A DNA stretch of 64,000 nt. It comes from Candidatus Eiseniibacteriota bacterium. Lineage in GTDB: Bacteria; Eisenbacteria; RBG-16-71-46. The notes under the pieces are model-generated. The model was not told where the DNA came from, did no database searches, and worked only from the letters and a program-made list of their open reading frames with translations. A program made the translations under genes and the position numbers. Positions 51,691 to 58,947 of this stretch are shown one piece after another; position 1 is the stretch's first letter; each line of letters starts with the position of its first letter. The stretch is from NCBI GenBank assembly GCA_963776245.1, contig CAVZLN010000009.1, positions 32,001 to 96,000 of the forward strand. Direction: 5' to 3'.

Positions 51691-51971
51691 GAAGGCGGTC
51701 GCTCCCCCTCCTCGGGCAGCGGCGGACGTCGCAGTCGTAACGATTCCACTTGACACGATTCGCGCGCCCCACCGTGCCCGACCCGCCGCCCGTGCTTTAA
51801 CTGTGCGTCTGCGCGCGCAGGATGCGCGCGCTGCTCCCCGCGAATGCGAGCGGCGGCATCTTGCGTGACGCCCCGCGCGGCGCGCTCTCCGGGCACGCAC
51901 GAGTGCCTCGAACACGCATGCTATACAGAGGGCGTGCCCCCGCGACTGAGTCCCCGTTGCGGAGTCCCGCC

Positions 51972-53342
51972 ATGCCGTCGTACTCGCTGTCCCATCTTCC
52001 CGACCCGGTCCTGCTGCGCGACCTGGCCGCGCTCGTCTCGCACGATCGCGTCACCACCGCCGCACTGCTCGCCCACCTCGCCGAGGTCGATGCCCGCCGG
52101 CTCTACCGGCCGGCCGCCTACCCATCCATGTACGCCTGGTGCGTGGGTGAGCTGAAGCTCTCCGAGGACGCGGCCGCCAAGCGCATCCAGGCCGCCCGCG
52201 TCGCACGGCGGTTCCCGGTCATCTTCCCGATGCTGGCCGACGGCCGCCTTCATCTGAGCGCGGTGGTGCTGCTGGCGCCCTACCTCACCCCGGAGTCGGC
52301 GGACGAACTGCTGGCGGCTGCCGCCGGGAGGTCGAAGGCCGAGCTCGAGCAACTGCTGGCCGAGCGCTGCCCGCGGCCGGACGTGCCGACCCTGGTGCGG
52401 GCCATCACCGCCGACCAACATGCCCCGGGGCATGTGGAGGATCTCGGCAGTGAACTGACCCCGGGGCCAGTTGGTGCACTCCATTGCGAACTGGCGCTGG
52501 CGCCAGTTCACGAGAATGTCAATCAACATGCCCCGGGGCATGTTGCGCCACTGGCGCTGGCGCCAGTTGGAGAACCCGCGCCGCACGCGAGGCTCTCGCC
52601 CCTCTCGCCCGGACGGTTCGCCCTGCAGCTCACCCTCCGGCAGGAGACCCACGACAAGCTGCGCTATGCCCAGGCCCTGCTCGGCCATGCCGTGCCCTCG
52701 GGCGATCTCGCGCAGGTGCTCGACCGCGCGCTGGACGCCCTGATCGCGAAGCTCGAGCAGCGCCGCTTCGCGGCCACCGCCCGCTCGCGCTCCGGTCCCC
52801 GCCGCCGCGCCGCAGACAGCCGCTACCTGCCCGCCGCTGTTCGTCGCATGGTGTGGCAACGCGATGGCGGCCAGTGCACCTTCGTCGGCGACACGGGGCA
52901 CCGCTGCGAGGCCCGCACCCGGCTCGAGTTCGACCACCTCGACCCCTATGCCCGGGGCGGGCAGGGCACACCGGAGCGCCTGCGGCTGCGCTGCCGGGCG
53001 CACAATCAGCTTGAGGCGGAGCGCACTTACGGCACCGGGTTCATGTGCCACAAGCGCGAGGAGTCCCGGCGCCGCGCGGCGGCGGCCCGGGAGGCGAAGC
53101 AGGCGAGCGCGGCCGCTGAAGCACAAGAGCGCGAACGCGCCGCTGCCCGGCAGGCCAGTGCGGACGAGGTCATCCCGTGGCTCCGCGGGCTCGGGTTCCG
53201 GGCCGACGAGGCGCGCCGCGCGGCGGCGCTCTGCGACACCATGGCAGACGCTCCGATCGAGACACGGGTGCGCGTCGCGCTCTCGAGCCTGGCGCCCGGC
53301 GGCACGCGCCGGGTCTCGAACCTCGCGAGCGCACCGGCATGA
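51972..53342 (+). CDS. Stand-alone HNH endonuclease with long helical N-domain (DUF222-like), repeat-containing linker and RuvA-C-like tail
   Basis: GGAG RBS at 51961; VWQRDGGQC.....G.RC.....LEFDH..P...GG......L...C..HN; tail LRGLGFRADEARRA. Confidence 0.85.
   Translation: MPSYSLSHLPDPVLLRDLAALVSHDRVTTAALLAHLAEVDARRLYRPAAYPSMYAWCVGELKLSEDAAAKRIQAARVARRFPVIFPMLADGRLHLSAVVLLAPYLTPESADELLAAAAGRSKAELEQLLAERCPRPDVPTLVRAITADQHAPGHVEDLGSELTPGPVGALHCELALAPVHENVNQHAPGHVAPLALAPVGEPAPHARLSPLSPGRFALQLTLRQETHDKLRYAQALLGHAVPSGDLAQVLDRALDALIAKLEQRRFAATARSRSGPRRRAADSRYLPAAVRRMVWQRDGGQCTFVGDTGHRCEARTRLEFDHLDPYARGGQGTPERLRLRCRAHNQLEAERTYGTGFMCHKREESRRRAAAAREAKQASAAAEAQERERAAARQASADEVIPWLRGLGFRADEARRAAALCDTMADAPIETRVRVALSSLAPGGTRRVSNLASAPA
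52416..52569. repeat. Intragenic array of five 22-bp palindromes (periods 36, 36, 36, 24 bp)
   Basis: Units at 52416, 52452, 52488, 52524 and 52548. CAACATGCCCCGGGGCATGTTG at 52524 is a perfect palindrome. Confidence 0.9.
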
Positions 53343-53615
53343 ACGCGATCGGAGAGTGAGGAACCCGCTGCCCTTCGCAGCTCGACTGCGGCCATCGAGG
53401 CCGAGCGCAGCACCGGCACCCGGGCCTCCGGTTTCGTCCGCTCGCGGCCGATGACCTCCGGCTTGGTTCGCCCTCGGCACCGGTGAACGAGTGGCGCGAC
53501 GTGCGGTCCTTCCCGACCACTCGCGCGGCGCGCTATACTGCGGCGACCTCCAAGTGCATCCGTGCCGACCGTCGACGAATGGGCGCCCCCCGGCGCCAGG
53601 GAAAGGCCTGCGAAC

Positions 53616-55008
53616 ATGGAACTCAAGACCCTCGACGAAATCCGCCACGCCACCGCCGCCCTCGCCAGCGGGAACGGGGACGCCCTCGACCGCCTGGTTT
53701 GGACCGGGGTGTTCGGCACCGGCGACCTGCGCGATGCCGCGCGTGCCGCGGTGCTCGGCCAGTGCCGCTCGGCCGGGATCTACCCCGCCTCGATCCACGG
53801 CGTATACACCGCGCGCGGCCGCGGCGAGGCGCGCTGCGACTTCACCGTGCCCGCCATCAACATCCGCGGGCTCGCCTACGACACCGCGCGTGCGCTGATG
53901 CGCGCGCGCAAAGCGCTCGACGCGGGCACGGTGATCTGCGAGATCGCGCGCTCCGAGATCGCCTACACCGACCAGCGGCCGGCGGAGTACGCCTTCGTGC
54001 TCATGGCGGCGGCGCTGCGCGAGGGCGTGAAGGGGCCGCTGTTCATCCAGGGCGACCACTTCCAGGTCAACGCGAAGAAGTACGCGACGGGCGCCGAGGC
54101 CGAACTGAAGGCGGTGCGGGAGATCACCGCCGAGGGCGTGGCGGCGGCCTTCTACAACATCGACGTGGACACCTCGACGCTGGTGGATCTTTCGAAGGCA
54201 ACGCTCGAGCAACAGCAGCAGCTCAACGGCGGGCTGTGCGCCGAACTCACGGCGTACATCCGGTCGATCGAGCCGAAGGGCGTGACCATCTCGGTCGGGG
54301 GCGAGATCGGCGAGGTGGGCTCGAAGAACTCCACCCCCGAGGAGCTGGACGCGTTCATGGCGGTCTACCAGGCCGCGCTCGCCCAGCGGGCCCCGGGCAA
54401 ACCCGGCATCAGCAAGATCTCGATCCAGACCGGCACTTCGCATGGGGGCGTGCCCCTGCCCGACGGCACCATCGCCCAGGTCAAGATCGACTTCGACGCC
54501 ATCGACCGGATCTCGAGGCAGGCGCGTGAGCGCTACGGCATGGGCGGGGCGGTGCAGCACGGAGCGTCCACGCTGCCGGCGGAGCTCTTCGACCGCTTCC
54601 CGGCCCTGGGCGCCTGCGAGGTCCACCTCGCCACCGAGTTCCAGAACATGCTGCTCGACCACCCGGCCTTCCCCGCCGACCTCAAGCGCGCCATCTACGA
54701 AAAGCTGCGCCAGACCGAGGCGGGCGAGCGCAAGCCGAGCGACACCGATGAGCAGTTCTTCTACAAGACCCGCAAGAAGGCCACCGGAAGCTGGAAGCGC
54801 GAACTCTGGTCGATGCCGGCCGAGGTGCGTGGCGTCATCGGCCAGGCGCTCGAGGACAAGTTCCGCAGCCTGCTCCTGAAGCTCCACGTGGACGGCACGG
54901 CGTCGCTGGCCGCCCGGTGGGCGCCGCTACGTCGAAGGGAGCTTCCCCACGCTCGGCGCGGCGGTCACGGCGCGCGCGCACGAAGACGTCTCGGGCCTGT
55001 CGGACTGA
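53616..55008 (+). CDS. fba: Class II fructose-bisphosphate aldolase-like protein (probable +1 indel near 54927)
   Basis: PAINIRG, QGDH, GGEIGEVG, GTSHGG, VQHGASTLP, HLAT.FQ. A natural-looking C-terminus ...HEDVSGLSD* lies in the shifted frame (TGA 55006-55008). Confidence 0.8.
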
Positions 55009-55028
55009 GCGCGAGCCGGGACCCGACC

Positions 55029-56072
55029 ATGGACCACCGCGCCGTCACGCTCCATCAGTTCGTGCTCCAGCAGGAGCGCCTCCATCCCGGGGCGACCGGG
55101 GAGTTCACCGGGGTCCTCATCGACATCGCGCTCGCGGCGAAGCTCATCAACCGCGAGGTGATCCGCGCCGGTCTCGTGGACATCCTCGGCTACACCGGAT
55201 CCGCGAACGTCCATGGGGAGAAGGTGCAGAAGCTCGACCGCTTCGCGCACGAGACCATCTACCGGGTGCTGGGGTCGACCGGCCAGTTGGCGGTGCTGGC
55301 GTCGGAGGAGGACGAGAACGTCATCCACGTGCCCGAGGGTCAGCCGATCGGCAAGTACGTGGTGAACTTCGACCCCCTCGACGGCTCCTCGAACATCAAC
55401 GCGAACGTCAACATCGGGACCATCTTCTCGATCCTGCCGCGCGTCACGGACTCCGGAGGAGGCGCGCTGCGCGACTGTCTGCAGGCGGGCGTGAACCAGG
55501 TGTGCGCGGGCTACGTGATGTACGGCTCGAGCACCATGCTGGTCTACACCACCGGCCACGGGGTGCACGGCTTCACGTTCGAGCCGAGCGTGGGCGAGTT
55601 CCTGCTCTCCCACCCCGAGATCCGCACGCCCCGGCGGGGCCGCATCTACAGCGTGAACGAGGGCAATTACGTCCATTGGGACGAGGGCGTGAGGCGCTAC
55701 ATCGACTGGCTCAAGCGCGACGACGCCGCCACCGGGCGCCCCTACAACGCGCGCTACGTGGGCTCGCTGGTCGCGGACTTCCACCGCAACCTGCTCTACG
55801 GCGGGATCTACCTGTACCCCGCCGATGGCAAGAACCCGCGCGGCAAGCTGCGGGTGCTCTACGAGTGCGCGCCGCTCGCCTACATCGCCGAGCAGGCCGG
55901 CGGCGCGTCGAGCGACGGGCGCGTGCGGACCATGGATCAGCAGCCCCAGACGCTCCACGAGCGCACCCCGCTCTTCCTCGGCAGCGCCGAGGACGTCGCG
56001 GAGTGCGAGGCGTTCATCCAGGGCCGGCACCCGCTGGTCGGGGTGGACCGCCGCGTGAACCCCGGGTCCTGA
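55029..56072 (+). CDS. fbp: Class I fructose-1,6-bisphosphatase
   Basis: NVHGE.VQKLD, ASEE, FDPLDGSSNI, RYVGSLVADFHR.LL.GG, GKLR.LYE..P. Confidence 0.95.
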   Translation: MDHRAVTLHQFVLQQERLHPGATGEFTGVLIDIALAAKLINREVIRAGLVDILGYTGSANVHGEKVQKLDRFAHETIYRVLGSTGQLAVLASEEDENVIHVPEGQPIGKYVVNFDPLDGSSNINANVNIGTIFSILPRVTDSGGGALRDCLQAGVNQVCAGYVMYGSSTMLVYTTGHGVHGFTFEPSVGEFLLSHPEIRTPRRGRIYSVNEGNYVHWDEGVRRYIDWLKRDDAATGRPYNARYVGSLVADFHRNLLYGGIYLYPADGKNPRGKLRVLYECAPLAYIAEQAGGASSDGRVRTMDQQPQTLHERTPLFLGSAEDVAECEAFIQGRHPLVGVDRRVNPGS

Positions 56073-56129
56073 CCCGGGCGTAGCCGGAGGAAGCGCCCCC
56101 GGCAGACGGCGCGCGGCCGCGCGCGATCG

Positions 56130-56582
56130 CTACTGGTCGCCGGGCGGCCACAGCGACGCCACCCGCCAGCGGATCTCGTCGCGCACCTCGCGGAACACGC
56201 GTTCCGCGTCGGCCTTGTTCGCCCGCGCGGGGTCGGGCAGCGGCCAGTGGACCCGGCGCACCAGCGGACCGGCGACCGGGCACACCTCGTCGCTCTCCCC
56301 GCACAGCGTGACGATGGTGTCCGCCTCCTGCCACGGCACCTCGCCCACCGCCTTGGAGCTCTGGCCGCTGAGATCCACGTCCACTTCGGCCATCACCTGG
56401 ACCGCCATCGGGTGGACCCCGGTCGGCTGGGTCCCCGCGCTCCAGATCTCCGCCGTGGCCGGCGCCATGACGTGCGCGAATCCCTCGGCCATCTGGCTGC
56501 GCGACGCGTTGTGCACGCAGATGAAGACCACGCGCTGGGGCGGCACGGTGATGAAGGCAGGCGGGCGAGGCGTCTCGGTCAC
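56130..56582 (-). CDS. arsC: Arsenate reductase ArsC / LMW-PTPase family
   Basis: P-loop CVHNASRSQMAE, TLCG...CP, HW.LPDP. Confidence 0.8.
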   Translation of the reverse strand: MTETPRPPAFITVPPQRVVFICVHNASRSQMAEGFAHVMAPATAEIWSAGTQPTGVHPMAVQVMAEVDVDLSGQSSKAVGEVPWQEADTIVTLCGESDEVCPVAGPLVRRVHWPLPDPARANKADAERVFREVRDEIRWRVASLWPPGDQ

Positions 56583-56725
56583 GTGGCACACTCCGGGGAA
56601 GGGACGACGACTGGCGCGAGCACTCTAGCGCATCCGCCCCGCGGTGCACGAGGGTTGTGGAACGGACCGGGAAGGACGGCCCGAGCTGGCCACCCCGCCT
56701 GCGGAGGCACCCGCACGCCCGAGCG

Positions 56726-57535
56726 TCACACCATCACGCCCTGGCGCCGCAGCAGCTCCTGCATCAGACGCGCGCTGCGCGCGGCCTGGCCCGCGTGGCA
56801 GTTGTTGAAGAACACGTAGGTCTGGCGGGACTGGCGCGCCAGTTCGGCGATGCGGGTGAGCCACTCGCCCAGCTCGCGCTCGGAGTAGTCGTGATCGTAG
56901 CGGTCTCCGCCTCCCCGGCCCCACCAGTTCGCGGCGTTGCGCCCGTGGAATCTCACGTACGAGTCGGGGGCCGTGCGCAGCGCGATCGCCGGCATCAGCC
57001 CGGGCAGCGCGGGCTCGTCCACCGCGCAATAGCCGATCCCGAGCCGCGTGAGCCACTCCCCCAGGTCCGGCACCGCCCACGAGTCGTGGCGGAACTCCGC
57101 GAACAACGGCTCGCGCTCGAATCGTCCTCGCAGGGTCTCCAGATGCGCGCGCGCCGCGGGCGAATCGCGGAACGCCCACGGGAACTGGGCGAGCAATCCA
57201 TCGTACTTGCCCGCCGCCTTGAGCGGCGCCACGGCATCGAGGAACTCCTCGGCACGCGCCGCATCGGTGACGCCCGCGTGGGTGAAGGACTGATGGAGCT
57301 TCACCACGAAGTGGAAATGCGGCGGGGTCTTGCGCTCCATTTGCTCCATCACCCGGGGGTGCGGGACGCGATAGTAGGTGGAGTTCACCTCCACCGCGTC
57401 GAAGTGCTCGGCGTAGTGACGCAGGTAGTCCCCGGGCCGCGTGCCCGGCGGGTAGAAGGGGCCCACCCAGTCCGCGAACGAGTAGCCCGACGTGCCGATG
57501 AGCACGCGCCCCGAGGTGGGGCCGGCCGGGTTCAT
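56726..57535 (-). CDS. DUF72 domain protein
   Basis: IGTSG.S..DW.G.FYP, VEVNSTYY, EFRH.SW, YVRFHGRN, YD.DY, FFNN. Confidence 0.9.
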   Translation of the reverse strand: MNPAGPTSGRVLIGTSGYSFADWVGPFYPPGTRPGDYLRHYAEHFDAVEVNSTYYRVPHPRVMEQMERKTPPHFHFVVKLHQSFTHAGVTDAARAEEFLDAVAPLKAAGKYDGLLAQFPWAFRDSPAARAHLETLRGRFEREPLFAEFRHDSWAVPDLGEWLTRLGIGYCAVDEPALPGLMPAIALRTAPDSYVRFHGRNAANWWGRGGGDRYDHDYSERELGEWLTRIAELARQSRQTYVFFNNCHAGQAARSARLMQELLRRQGVMV

Positions 57536-58788
57536 CCTTCACCGCCCCCGGGCGTCCCGGGCTCGTCCTCGGTGCGGCCCCGCGTGCGCCCGAGCGCGGG
57601 ACCGAATGGGACGTGGCCGATCGCGCGGCGGTGGGAGAGCGAGCCCGCCGGCACCACCGCCCGCTCGCCGAGCCGGTCGCGGACCAGGTCGAGGGTCTCG
57701 AGCAGGCGCCGGGAACGGTCATCGGCCGGGAACAGTTCGGCCTGAGGCGCGTCCGGGCGCGGCGCCAGTCCGGAGACGCTCACGCCCAGCAGGCGCAACG
57801 CGCTCCCGCGCCAGTTCGACCGCAGGAGCGCGCGTGCCACCTCGAACACGCGCGCGCCATCGTCGGTCGCGGGGGCGATCGCGCGCTGGCGGGTGATGGT
57901 GCGGAAGCGGTGATCGCGCAGTTTGAGGGTCACGATGTCCCCCACGGATCCATCCGCGCGCAGGCGGCGCGCGACCTGGTCCGAGAGACGCAGCAGGGTG
58001 CCCTCGAGATAGGCGGGTTCGTCGCAGTCCTCGGGCAGCGTGATCTCGTGCCCCATGGACTTGGCGTCCACTCCGACGTGGTAGGGCACCAGCGGAGTGG
58101 CGTCGCGTCCGCTCGCCGCCTCCCGCAGGTGTTCGCCGACCACCCCGAACGCGCCGCGGAGCATCGGGAGCGGGGCGCGGGCGAGCTCGCCGACGGTCGA
58201 AATCCCGAGCGACCGCATGCGCTCGGCAAGTCTCGGCCCGACCCCCCACAACTCCTGCACCGCGCGCGGCCAGAAGGTCTCCTGGAACCCCGCCACGTCG
58301 AGCACCGTGAGCCCGCGCGGCTTGGCGACCCCCGAGGCCATCTTGGCCACGAGCTTGTTGGGACCCACTCCGATCGAGGCGGAGAGCCCGAACCGCTCGG
58401 TGATCGCGTCCTGGATCACCCGCGCGAGCCGTCCCCCCTCGGTCAGCGAATCGTGCCGTCCGCTCAGCCCCACGAACGCCTCGTCCACGCTGAACGGCTC
58501 CACGTCGGGCGTGTGCTCCAGATAGAGCTCGAGCAGGCGAAGCGAGATCTCGACGTAGCGGTCGGGATGTCCTTCGACGCATTCCGCCTGCGGGCAGAGC
58601 CGTCGCGCCTCGGCCAGGGGCATCCCCGCGCGCACCCCCGACGGACGCGCCTCGTATGAGGCTGCGGTCACCACGCCCCGCCGGTTCGGATCGCCACACA
58701 CGAGGACCGGCCGGCCGCGCAGGTGAGGATGCTGCGCCTGCTCCACCGACGCGAAGAACGCGTCCATGTCCACCAGCAACAGCGTCAC
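57532..58788 (-). CDS. dinB: DNA polymerase IV (Y-family)
   Basis: VDMDAFFASVEQ, ASYEAR..GV..GMP, SVDEAF, NKLVAKMAS...KP.G. Confidence 0.93.
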   Translation of the reverse strand: MTLLLVDMDAFFASVEQAQHPHLRGRPVLVCGDPNRRGVVTAASYEARPSGVRAGMPLAEARRLCPQAECVEGHPDRYVEISLRLLELYLEHTPDVEPFSVDEAFVGLSGRHDSLTEGGRLARVIQDAITERFGLSASIGVGPNKLVAKMASGVAKPRGLTVLDVAGFQETFWPRAVQELWGVGPRLAERMRSLGISTVGELARAPLPMLRGAFGVVGEHLREAASGRDATPLVPYHVGVDAKSMGHEITLPEDCDEPAYLEGTLLRLSDQVARRLRADGSVGDIVTLKLRDHRFRTITRQRAIAPATDDGARVFEVARALLRSNWRGSALRLLGVSVSGLAPRPDAPQAELFPADDRSRRLLETLDLVRDRLGERAVVPAGSLSHRRAIGHVPFGPALGRTRGRTEDEPGTPGGGEG

Positions 58789-58860
58789 GTCACCCTCCGC
58801 CCGATCCGCTCCCGCAGGGGTCTCGAACCTGTCGGCATTCCATCGCTCGGTACCACGGGC

Positions 58861-58889
58861 ACATTACTGCACATCCGTGCATCGAACAA
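58861..58889 (-). promoter_or_regulatory. dinB promoter with palindromic operator (candidate SOS box) in the spacer
   Basis: Minus strand TTGTTC-N17-TAATGT. TGCAC-ATCC-GTGCA at 58868-58881 lies in the spacer. Confidence 0.7.
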
Positions 58890-58899
58890 GCGACAAAGC

Positions 58900-58929
58900 G
58901 GGGCCGGCGCCCCGAAGGACGCCGGCCCC
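58900..58929 (-). terminator. Intrinsic terminator-like hairpin after ccmF
   Basis: Minus strand GGGGCCGGCGTCC-TTCG-GGGCGCCGGCCCC followed by GCTTTGT. Confidence 0.7.
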
Positions 58930-58947
58930 ATGTGCCTGCTCGGAGTC

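Noticed and set aside
52416..52569. Canonical CRISPR array or TIGR array
   Set aside because: The repeats are not identical, the spacers are only 14 nt, the array is in-frame in a CDS, and no cas or Nop-domain gene is in the window. Reported as a novel repeat instead.
51714..53373. Terminal inverted repeats GGGCAGCGG (51714) / CCGCTGCCC (53365) around the HNH gene
   Set aside because: Only 9 bp in very GC-rich DNA with no target-site duplication seen; likely chance.
51921..54887. Long antisense or shadow ORFs (e.g. 988 aa here, 851 aa at 28821-31376, 854 aa at 58723-61287)
   Set aside because: Typical stop-poor antisense frames of high-GC genes. They are Arg/Ala/Pro-rich, have no motifs and overlap well-supported genes.
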